DNA of 63,444 nucleotides, filler included, from Sluysia triapertura (taxonomy: Eukaryota), in NCBI GenBank assembly GCA_046118255.1. It is 5 parts of 5 records of this genome, joined end to end, with 100 filler letters (N's around TTAATTAATTAA, not from the genome) between each part and the next. Parts side by side here need not be neighbours in the genome. Positions count along the whole stretch, not along the records: positions 1 to 14,925 come from JBJNIA010243991.1; positions 15,026 to 26,772 come from JBJNIA010174143.1; 3 more parts are not named here. One strand, written 5' to 3'. Positions 10,277 to 20,664 of this stretch are shown here, piece by piece. A program made the position numbers and the translations under genes. Position 1 is the stretch's first letter. The number at the start of each line of letters is the position of its first letter. Below the pieces are notes generated by a model, which saw nothing but the letters and a program-made list of their open reading frames with translations, had not been told where the DNA came from and ran no database searches.

Positions 10277-11374
10277 ATGGGTAAAAAAGTTCGTTCTTTA
10301 TTAGTTACTCCTTTACCTAGGAAATTAAATGTATTTTTTAAAGTTGGTAGGATATTGGGTTTTTTTTTGTTTTTGCAGATATTTACTGGTTTAGTATTAT
10401 CATGTTTTTTTAATAGGGGCATGCCTTTTGAAAGAATAGAGAAAATTAAACGTGAAATTGTAAAAGGAGATTTATTTCGGTTGGTACACTCTGTTGGTGC
10501 TAGATTTTATTTTTTTTTTTTGTATATACATTTATTTCGTGGATTATTTTTGCGAAGTTTTTATTTAAGGAGAAAGTTATGGTATTCAGGTTGTATTATA
10601 TTGATAATTAGAGAGTTGGTGGGGTTTTTAGGTTATGTATTACCATATGGGAAAATGTCTTTTTGGGGTGCTTCTGTAATTGTTAAATTTTTAAGTGTTT
10701 TACCTTGAGGTAAAAATTTAATTAATATTATTTTAGGTGGGAGATCTGTAGGATTGGTTACAGTCAGTCGATTTTTTTCTTTACATTATTTATTGCCTTT
10801 TTTGATTTTTGGATTTGTTATTGTTCATATTATATTTTTACATAAGCAAGGATCAAGAAATCCAATGGGGTTTAAATCAAATAAAAAGATGTTATCTTTT
10901 TTTCCTTTTTTTGGGTATTCTGATTTTGTAGGTATTATTTTAGTTATGATTGTATTTTTTTTTGTTTTAAAATATTATTCTTATGTTTTTTTTGATTATA
11001 ATAATTTTGTTGAATCAAATTCTTTAGTTACTCCTTTACATATACAACCAGAGTGATATTTTTTACCGCATTATGCAGTACTTCGTAGGTGTAGTTCAAA
11101 GGTAGGGGGGATTTTATTTTTGATATTTTTTACTTTTTGAGTTTTTTTTTTGCCTACACTGAGTAAGGCTTTTTTTTTTAAGAAGTTAGTGATTTATAAA
11201 AAGAAGTTGTTTATAGTAAATTTTGTTGTTTTAGTAATTGTTTGATTATTATTAATATGAGTTGGTTCTAAGCCTGTTGAGGTTTATTATTTAGATTTAA
11301 GGTTATTACTATTATTGATTTTTTTATTAAATTTTTTATTATTATTGATTTTAAAAAGTGATAATGAGCATTAG
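10277..11374 (+). CDS. cob: Cytochrome b
   Basis: [51 protein letters not shown]; TAG 11372-11374. Confidence 0.97.
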
Positions 11375-11394
11375 TAATTAGATATATATGTTAA

Positions 11395-11469
11395 GAGTTT
11401 TTAGTTTAAAAAAAAACACTAATTTGTGGAGTTAGAAATGAAATAATAATAATGTATTTTCAAAATTTA
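11395..11469 (+). tRNA. trnH: tRNA-His(GUG)
   Basis: ctaat-tt GTG ga-gttag; gagtttt/aaaattt acceptor. Confidence 0.85.
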
Positions 11470-11474
11470 AGTTG

Positions 11475-12230
11475 ATGAAGTATTTTTTTAGAAATCCAAG
11501 ATTTTTTATTTCCTTATCAGATAGATATCATGCTTTAGCAAAAAATTTGTTATGGGGGTTTTGGATTATGGTGTGTTTTTTGGTGGTTTTTTTTTTGTTT
11601 GTTTGATATATATCAATATTTTTGTCAAATTATGATGGATTAGGGGGTTTATATATTAATTATAAGGATGATGATGAGTTAGAGATGATTTGAACTTTAA
11701 TTCCTGTTTTCGTTGTGTTCTTTTTGGCTATACCAAATATGTTTGTTTTGGGTTCTTTAACTAGAAAATGTGGATATAAAAAATTATTTCATTTGAAGGG
11801 TAATATTTTTAATGTTTCATTAGTTGGTAAACAATGATTTTGGCAGAGTAGGTGATATAAAAATATTTCTAATGTTAAAAGATGTTTAAATTATTTTGGG
11901 GGTTTTTATGATGATAATAATCGTATAAAGTCTTATAGTCAAGATTATTCCTTGTTAAAATTAGTTTATGGTAAATTTCCATTAAAAGATGTTATTGGTG
12001 GAATTTTTTTAAAGTCTTTAAAAAAATCTTATGTGATAATTAAATTAGTAGGGAGAAGAAATGATGTTATTCATTCTATTGGTTGTGATTTATGAGGAAC
12101 ATTTGATGTTTGTCCTGGTCGACAAAATCAAATTTTATCAAATGTTCCTTTAGGTTCATATAGGGGGCGGTGTATGGAATTGTGTGGGATAGGTCATAGT
12201 CATATGCCATTTTCATTAAATGTTATTTAG
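11475..12230 (+). CDS. cox2: Cytochrome c oxidase subunit 2 (ATG 11475 or TTG 11472)
   Basis: ELEMIWTLIP, VGNQWFW, DVIHS, DVCPGR, CuA motif GRCMELCGIGHSHMP; TAG 12228-12230. Confidence 0.93.
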
Positions 12231-12557
12231 ATGTTGTTTAGTTTTTTATTTATTTTATTAGTAATATATATATTTATATGTAGTAATTTTTTTTGAAACC
12301 GGGAAAAATTAAGTTGTTACGAATGTGGTTTTGATTTTAAGGATTGTTCTCGTTTACCTTTTTCTTTACGTTTTTTTACTATTTTGTTGGTTTTTTTATT
12401 ATTTGATATTGAAATAGTTTTTTTGTTACAATTTCCTTTGGAGGTGTTATCAAGTAAATATATATTAGAAAGGTATTATGTTTATTTAGGGTTTATTATT
12501 ATTATTTTTTTTTCAACCCTACTAGAGTGATTTAAAGGCTTATTAAGTTGACTTTAA
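12231..12557 (+). CDS. nad3: NADH dehydrogenase subunit 3
   Basis: [35 protein letters not shown]. Confidence 0.95.
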
Positions 12558-12560
12558 AAA

Positions 12561-12992
12561 ATGGTTATTAAATATTTTATTGTTTTATTATGTATGATTT
12601 CTTTTTTAAAAAGATTTTTTGCTTGATTTAGTTTATTTATAATTAGGTTATTAATATGTATTTTTAGTTTAATTTTAAAATTATATTGAGTTTTTTTCGT
12701 GATTTTTTTTTTATATATAAGAGGATTGTCGGTTTTTTTTGTATTTTTTATATCTTTAGAAAATAATCCTTATTTATATTTTGGTGGTTTTTTCAGAATT
12801 GTATTAGGTTTTTTTCTTTTGTTGAATTATAAAATAATTTCTAAAAAGAATTCTTGTTTTTCTCAGTATTTAACTTTTAGTGATAAATTTATTTGTATGT
12901 ATATATTATTGGGTTTTTTAATTTTATGTTTATTGGTTTTAAATAAGATTTTTGGTAGTTCTTCTTTTAGTTATCGTATAATTATTTTTTAA
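12561..12992 (+). CDS. nad6: NADH dehydrogenase subunit 6
   Basis: ATG 12561; W..FVIFFLYISGLSVFFVFFISL motif; hydrophobic, ~143 aa. Confidence 0.85.
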
Positions 12993-12999
12993 TGTAATT

Positions 13000-13069
13000 A
13001 TATTTTTAGCTTACATTAAGAGCATTGAATTCTTAATTCAAAAGGAGATTTATGAAAAATCAGAATATT
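13000..13069 (+). tRNA. trnK: tRNA-Lys(CUU)
   Basis: ttgaa-tt CTT aa-ttcaa; gctt/gagc D-stem. Confidence 0.88.
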
Positions 13070-13073
13070 ATAA

Positions 13074-13142
13074 GAAATCTTAGTTTATTATAAAATGTAA
13101 ATTTGCAAAATTTAAGAAAAAACCAAAGTTTTTTAGATTTTT
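13074..13142 (+). tRNA. trnC: tRNA-Cys(GCA)
   Basis: taaat-tt GCA aa-attta; gaaatct/agatttt acceptor. Confidence 0.82.
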
Positions 13143-13144
13143 AA

Positions 13145-13215
13145 TAAGAGATAGTTTAAAAAAAAACATAAATTTGTCGTATTTAAAAAGACACACTTAA
13201 AATTGTCTCTCTTAG
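13145..13215 (+). tRNA. trnD: tRNA-Asp(GUC)
   Basis: taagaga/tctctta acceptor; taaat-tt GTC gt-attta. Confidence 0.88.
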
Positions 13216-14743
13216 TTGTTTGTTAATTGGTTAATTTTTGTTATTTTATTAAGTTTAATGTTTGTTAAGGATAAATTTTTATGTTTTATAATAACCCCAA
13301 GCCTTAGCAAAAAATTTTTTAATTGTTGTTTAGTAATAAAATTATCAAGATATATGTTTTTGTTTTTTTTGTTAGTAATAGTTTTTTCTGTTTTTAATTT
13401 TTCTGTAATATATTTAAATAATTATAATTTTTTATTATTATTAAGAAGTTTTGTAGGTTCAATGTGCTTGTTAATTGTTTCTTTTGATTTATTTAGTTTT
13501 ATAATTGGTTGGGATTGATTGGGTGTAATTAGATTTTATTTAATATTATATTATGTTTATTCAGGGGATAGAATTTATGGGGGTTTAAAGACTGTTATAT
13601 ATAATCGATTTGGGGATGGTTTATTAATATTGGTGATAAGTTTATTTTTAAATAAGTATTTGTTTTATTTTAAGATATTAGATGTAGTTTTTATAATAAT
13701 GGTTATATTGGTTTTTGGTTTATTTACAAAGAGTTCTATTTATCCTTTTTGTAGATGATTACCTTTAGCAATGGCGGCACCTACTCCTGTTTCTGCTTTA
13801 GTTCATTCATCAACTTTAGTAACAGCAGGATTATATATAATTTTTCAATTGAATAAAGTTGAAAGTTTAAGTTATATATATTTGATTTTTGGATTTTTAA
13901 CAGGAGTTTATGCAGGGATAAAAGGAATGCTTTCAAATGATTTGAAGAAGATTATTGCATATTCTACTTTAAGTCAGCTTGGGTTAATGTTATTTTTGTT
14001 AGGTTTATCTGGAAATAAAATAATAATTTTATTTTATATATTAATACATGGTTCTTTTAAGGCATTATTATTTATTGGTGTTGGGTATATTTTATTAAGA
14101 AAATCCCATAATCAAGATTTGCGTTTATTGAGTAGTAAACATGTTAAATATTTAGTAATGTATAGGGTTTTTTTTTCTTTAATTATTTTGTCTGGTTTTC
14201 CTTTTTTAGCTGTATTTTATGTTAAGGACATGATTTTTTTTTCTTTAAGTATTTTAAATATTATATTTGGATTATTTATAGTTATAATGATTTTTATTTC
14301 AGAATTATATTCTATGCAATTGATTTCTAGATTGTTGAAAAATAATAATATCAGAATTAGTTACAATTTTGACATAGATATAAGGATCTTTAGAGTAATA
14401 TTATTGATATTGTTGAGTTTGGTCAGATGAGTATGTTTTTTTTTTTTATACATCGTAGAAAGTAATATTTATTTATTTATTTTGATGGTTTTATTGTGGT
14501 TTTTTTTAGGTTATTGATCGTATTGTTATAGGTTATTTAATAGATTATTTAAAAGAATGGGGATGATTGATTATTTAAGATTTTCTTTATTATTTATATT
14601 TATGTGTGATATGTGTTCATTGTTAGATGAAAATATATTTGATGTTTTCCCGAAAAGAAATCTTAGATCCTTATATTTTTTAAATTCAAATCATGTCATA
14701 ATTGGATTTTTGTTTTTTTGAATTTTTCTAGTTTTGGTTATTT
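13216..14743 (+). CDS. nad5: NADH dehydrogenase subunit 5 (TTG start; probable incomplete T stop before trnS2, otherwise TAG at 14788-14790)
   Basis: [71 protein letters not shown]. Confidence 0.95.
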
Positions 14744-14796
14744 GTGCTTTTAATTATATGATTTGAAATCATAGTTTAGAGTTATTCTAGAGCACT
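14744..14796 (+). tRNA. trnS2: tRNA-Ser(UGA), D-armless
   Basis: gtgcttt/agagcac acceptor; tatga-tt TGA aa-tcata. Confidence 0.82.
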
Positions 14797-14799
14797 TAC

Positions 14800-14925
14800 A
14801 TTTGTGTGGTAGTTGTATTAAATATGGGGTTTTTAGTTGGCAAAATTGTTTTTTTTTGTTACAAAATTCGGTATTGAAATTTATCAGATTATTACTTAAA
14901 ATATAGATACAATTATATGCATTTA
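14800..14925 (+). CDS. Small ORF after trnS2, candidate divergent atp8 (runs off contig)
   Basis: ICVVVVLNMGFLVGNIVFFCYNIRYWNLSDYYLNYSYNYMHL, open to contig end; hydrophobic N-half, polar C-half; no MPQL motif. Confidence 0.3.
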
Positions 14926-15025
14926 NNNNNNNNNNNNNNNNNNNNNNNNNNNNNNNNNNNNNNNNNNNNTTAATTAATTAANNNNNNNNNNNNNNNNNNN
15001 NNNNNNNNNNNNNNNNNNNNNNNNN
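14926..15025. other. Artificial contig linker
   Basis: N-run, TTAATTAATTAA (stops in six frames), N-run; 100 nt. Confidence 0.98.
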
Positions 15026-15140
15026 TTTATGTCTCAAAAATATACAACCAGTTACCAGATAATGTCAAATTGCTGGAAGATTATGAAATATTTAAGAAAA
15101 AGACAAAGTTGTTTCTGTTTCAGAAATTTTATAGTGAATG
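15026..15140 (+). mobile_element. 3' fragment of a LINE (CR1/L2-like) ORF2
   Basis: IYNQLPDNVKLLEDYEIFKKKTKLFLFQKFYSE* resembles the WN.LP......F.K.LK tail of LINE ORF2. Confidence 0.5.
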
Positions 15141-15254
15141 ATTTATTCTAAGCGCAATATAAATTAATATATTATTATATCCAAAATAATTCTAGGACAC
15201 TGAATGATTTAGGCAGAGTTATTATGGATGAGGTACGTTATACTAAGCGATATG

Positions 15255-15745
15255 ATGAATTTCTCCGGGAATTGGTGTCGCTTATCTATGTTATGAATAT
15301 ATCTGATACCATTTGGTCTAATTATAAAGAATTATTTCCATTTTGTAACTACAATAAGTATTGAGAAAATTTCAAATTTGAAGAAGGTAGACACTGTATT
15401 TTATTTTAGAGGCAAAAATATGAGTAATATAAATATGAATCTACATAAGTCGAATTTCTATTCCATAACAAAAATAATAAAGTTAGAAAAAATATTATTT
15501 TAGGAGTTCGTTTTATGGAAGTTTTATTGTACAATTTTTTCTACTACAACATTTTGCGCTAAACTTCAATTGAAATTTTAAATTTGGTAAGCGAAATTTT
15601 CATTTTACATCAAAAATAGACAGCTTCAAATTGCAAGAAGATCTCAACTTACAAAAGGATAATAATGTATTTCGTTATAAATATTGCTAAAATTTTGTTA
15701 TTTGAAAATTTTTATTTTTTACTTTTTTTGTGTATGACCGGCTTG
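15255..15745 (+). repeat. Dispersed ~490 bp repeat, copy 1
   Basis: Colinear similarity with 25005-25488 (e.g. ttcaattgaaattttaaatttggtaagcgaaattttcattttacatcaaaaa). Confidence 0.85.
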
Positions 15746-18700
15746 CCTATTAAATATATACCAATAATTAAAAGGTTAAAGAAACAATGAACAAATAACA
15801 TTCATTATTCGAATTCTAATCGAACAAATACGATGAAAAAGTAAAGCGAAACTATATATACCGATGTTTATCAGATTAAGTCTGAAGTTCACTTCCTAAA
15901 TCAAGAAATTATTGTTAAAAACATAAAAGAAGTTTCAGAAATTTTAGTATCAGATTCATTTCAAGGTGTTTATTAATAAATAAATTATTATTATTTGTAA
16001 AATTGCTAAAGAAAAATTAGAAAATATCACATAATTTAAGAAGGATAGAAATCTTTGAAAGATAAGTTAACGAAAATTAGAAGATAGTTTATAGGGATAT
16101 GTTGAATATCGTGTAATATACCAAAGCAGACAAAGCTTAATTCATGAAAAAATTATTTAAATTTTTTGAACATTTTTCAAAACATTTGTGGTTATATTGT
16201 TGTGCAATTATTTGTTATTAAATTTTAACGGAAACTCGATATATTATGTAATATTAGATATTGATCTTAATACAAGTCATTTATATTATGCAATAATTAA
16301 AGATGATGTTATTTATTTTTATTTTTATTAAGTCATTTTCAATATGGCTACCAGCCACTTAACTAATAGAAAATTAAAATGCACAAACAACTTTATTGAA
16401 TATACTATACACATCATTTGACACACTGATGAATGGCTAAGATTATGGTAAATATCATACATACACCCAAATAGTAGGTAATTTTTCTGAGGGTATTACA
16501 CAAATCTTTTTTAAAAATAATATGGAATAACTGGATAAAATAGTTTAAACGAAATTGTTACCACTGCTCCATCATAACAACATCATACTGTATAATCTCG
16601 GATCACATAAAATCGAGACAAAATTTAAACTAAACTCTACCATAAAAACAATTTATAAATTGTAAAAACAATTACAAACACACTCCATACTCAATACATT
16701 CAAAACACAAACACAGTCATAATAAATTATAATTACTATAGTTTTACAATTATTATTATCATAATTACTATCACAATAATAATTACTGTTATAATAATGT
16801 TAATAATGTCACTTTAATAACTAAAAGGTTATAATAATTCTGCAATTATTGTTATAATCAATGTTGTTGCTTTTGTGACTATTACTATTATTGTTACGAT
16901 TGTTTTTATTCATTTTTTTCATTTTCTTACGTTTTATCACTATTATTATTGTTACCTCTCCAATTCTATATATTCTACATTCTATATTCACAATGCACAC
17001 TAAATTTGTACAAGTGCTAGAAAATAAATAACGAAAGGTTATGTTAGACAATATGTGAGCAAAATCGACAAAGTTATAATAACAATAAATAATAACTTAA
17101 ATATTAGTTAAATATCAAGTTAGAATTTTATGTTCAGCTTAAGGCTAATACAAGGATGTATTAGAAGTTAAATATAGTTTAACTTTGCGTAAGCAAGGAA
17201 AGTTTTATCAACAATAAACTTAAGGTTTACACAATAAATCACGGACGTTAACTCGAATTTTGATTGTGTGGATACTCTCTGCTTTATCCAATTTAAGTAA
17301 TATCAGTCAATTTACCAAATCGAATGACAATCTAACGAATAAATCTAAGTAATTTATGCAGTATTAGATGTCGAATCTGCAGTTCATTGTTGTAGATGAT
17401 TACAAATCTTTATTACTTATATATAGTAATTTTTTGTGTTTTTGATTTAATTAAACTCTTTTTATACTACTAAAGTCAAAATATTTTTTGCTGAATTTTG
17501 GGCATATGCCATAAATAATATTTAATTTCTTTTAGATTTTTATGAGTGAAATATAATATTTCATGTATTATTATGAATGATTGTTTTATTATTATTATTT
17601 ACTATTACATTTCATTTTTAGGTTTTAACACTGATACATCAATAGAAATTTTATCTACGAAAAAAATGTAAAAATGATATATAAAAAAGTTTAAATTTTC
17701 ACATTAATAAGTTAAACAAATCAAGATAAGAAAATAAAAGAGATAATCCGAATATTCTGCATTACCCTTGGATTTACAGAATTAATGTTGCGAAAAGGCC
17801 CAAAAGCAATTAGAAAATTTTATTAAGTTATTATCAGTTTAAAATCCTCCAGGAGTGCCTACCTTTAATGTCAAAAATCACGTATTGTATGTGAACATAT
17901 TAATTGTCTATTTTGTAAGGATAATTAAAGCAAATTCTAAATAAAACTCTCACATATCGCCAACAATTCTTTCACTGCTGCATAAGAATCCAAGTATTAC
18001 AACAGCAAGGGTAAACCGTACAAACAGAACACAAGGAACATGGTAAAAAGAGTTTATCTGAAAGCGCACTGGACAAAATAGAGATATTTCTAACCTTATA
18101 GCAACAATTCTCAACATAATATTCTACAACTAAATTGCAAAGCTGACAAAATCGGTAGCAACATTTTTCACCTCGGACAACATTAATAACTATAATACAA
18201 AAGTTAAAAATTAAAATACCATTAAGAGTGCCAAATGACTAACTTTTGTAAAACCTTTACACATAAAATAAGAAAAATTCTAAAAATAGATTAATTGATT
18301 AAATTCTTAATTAAGTTTATTAAAGAAAATGATGAATGTTGTGAATGAAGTTGTATTAAATTGACCTTTCCATAGAAATGATTTGACCAAGATCTGCTAT
18401 GGCTTTCTGAACTCTTAACTCACGGCAAAATAAAATTGAACATGATCTGGTTACAGCAAACGACTTACAAGTAAAATGGCGTTCCTGAAAGTAATCTGAA
18501 CAATATTCAATAAGAAGTTGCTTTGATTCCTAAGATTATACAATTTCTTTTTATAAGATAACTAGAGGATTTGATTGATGATTTTAATCACCTTACTTGG
18601 TAAAGTTACCGCATAAACTTTTGATACTAAAATTTGCCTTAATACTTTAATGCTGTCTTACACAATCAATATAAAACACAATTAACGTAAAATGCGTTAT

Positions 18701-19870
18701 AAAATTATGACAAAACTAATAAATCATAATGAAAAATTGATAACAATAAAGATATTAAGATTAGAAATAAAATAGCAAAATAGATTTTAAAATTAAAGCA
18801 TTTCTGGGCCTTTAATTATGTACTAAAATTGATTTTAAAAAATGATATTGCCCATTATTAAAAATTTCTATTAAAAAGATTTTTCCTGTATTTCAATTTC
18901 AAAAGTTGCAACGATTTACTATTGAATAATGTTATGGAATTTTCAACTTCTTTTTCAAAAATGTTATTTTCTTTTATTCGAAAATTAACATTATTTTTAT
19001 ATTTTTAAAGAGTTTAAAGGATTGTGATGACAGCTTAATACGTTTTTATATTTTCAAATTAAAAGCAATAATTCTATAATAATAAATGAACGAGTCTGAT
19101 TATCATATTTTGAAACTTTATCACAAAATAAATAATAATATAAATCAGTCTCTATAAAATTAATTATAACTCAATATAAATATCAGTCTTGCTATGGAAA
19201 ACAAATACATTATTCAAATCCACGGCTGGTACGATATATATAAGTACCCGAATAACAATAAATTTGCAACAAAAAGTCAATCAGAAATAAAGTTTAGTCA
19301 GAAGCTAAAGAGATGTAAGATTCAATCAATGTCTGTCACTACTTGATTGAGCCAACCTTCCTACAGCAGAACAAAAGAATATGGAATAAATTTTAAATTA
19401 TAAATTTCTAATTTTAAATGAGTATATTTAAAGAACAGTGTATTGAGTTAATTAATAATCAAATATTTACAATAGTTTCTTAATTTAGACTGACAGGTAA
19501 TACCGAGTTATGATCAGAACCATAGATTTTCAAATGATATTCTATTATTTTTTCAAGGATTATTAGGATGCGCAGTACAAAAATAACTGAAAAATGAAAA
19601 GTATTACAGTAGAGTTGTAGAAATGTTCGACGCAAAAATAATAATCAATTCCCATGATAATAAAGGTAATGAAAATAATGAGAAGATAATAATGATGACA
19701 ATGTTTTAATGTAAGTATTTACTGTTTTCTTAATTTATAGATTTAAGAAGTTTACTGTTAAATTTTGTTGGAGTTCTGACTCCTATTTTACTAGTGTGAA
19801 TAAATTAAATTCGTGACAATTATAATTGTCATTTGACTTATACTTAAACGTTTGATTGATTTGCATTATT

Positions 19871-20036
19871 TGTTGGGGTAAAAGGCCTATAAAGTACCAA
19901 ATGTTAGACTTCGTAAAATGGACTGACTGGGGATCGAACCCGGGACTACCACTGAGCTATCAGCCCCGTCTAACATTTTCATTTTCAATATATTCAATTA
20001 TACTACTTGGCACTTTATAGGCCTTTTACCCCAACA
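19871..20036 (-). mobile_element. TGTTG...CAACA element, copy A, with anticodon-less tRNA-Ala cassette
   Basis: 30 bp TIR 19871-19900 / 20007-20036 (1 mismatch); flanking TATT direct repeat; minus strand GGGCTGATAGCTCAGTGGTAGTCCCGGGTTCGATCCCCAGTCAGTCCATTTT. Confidence 0.85.
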
Positions 20037-20664
20037 TATTTGATAATTTATGTTGATTTTCTTTATTAATTTTGATCTTTAACAAAATTAATTTTAGCAC
20101 ATTACCTCAACAAGATTATAAAATAAATATAAAAATTAATTTAAATGACTTCATTTAAAATAAATCTTTCGAAAAATTACTTCAAATTAATGAGAATTGA
20201 ATTATTGGATGATTAATTTATTTATGAAATAAATAACACTTTAATTATTCACAATTTAAATGTAAAAGAATTGCTAAAAATTAAACATTTGATTTTAACT
20301 TGAAAGATATAATTTTAGTATAATTATGTATCGTTTTTATGAAAATACGTTTAGTTACATTTAATAAATAGATTAAAATGTTTTCATTATAAAAATTTTA
20401 AATTATATTTTTTTAAATAAACATATTTTTGGTACATCAATAATTAAATTATTATTCTACGTAATAATATATAGTAGAATAACAAAATTAACGTAATGAC
20501 CTTATGATTCAGCATGAAAATGTTTTCTTAAATTAGATTCATTTAAATAAACATTAATTGATAGGCGCAAAAATAAAATATATCATTTTTGAGGGCGAAT
20601 ATTTTATAATTAATAAGGAATAGAATGACTTAATTTGAATTATATATAATACGAAGAACAAACA

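Noticed and set aside
14926-15025. Recurring TTAATTAATTAA palindrome within N runs (4 times)
   Set aside because: Artificial six-frame-stop linker; adjacency across it has no biological meaning, so the mtDNA is not shown to be nuclear-integrated.
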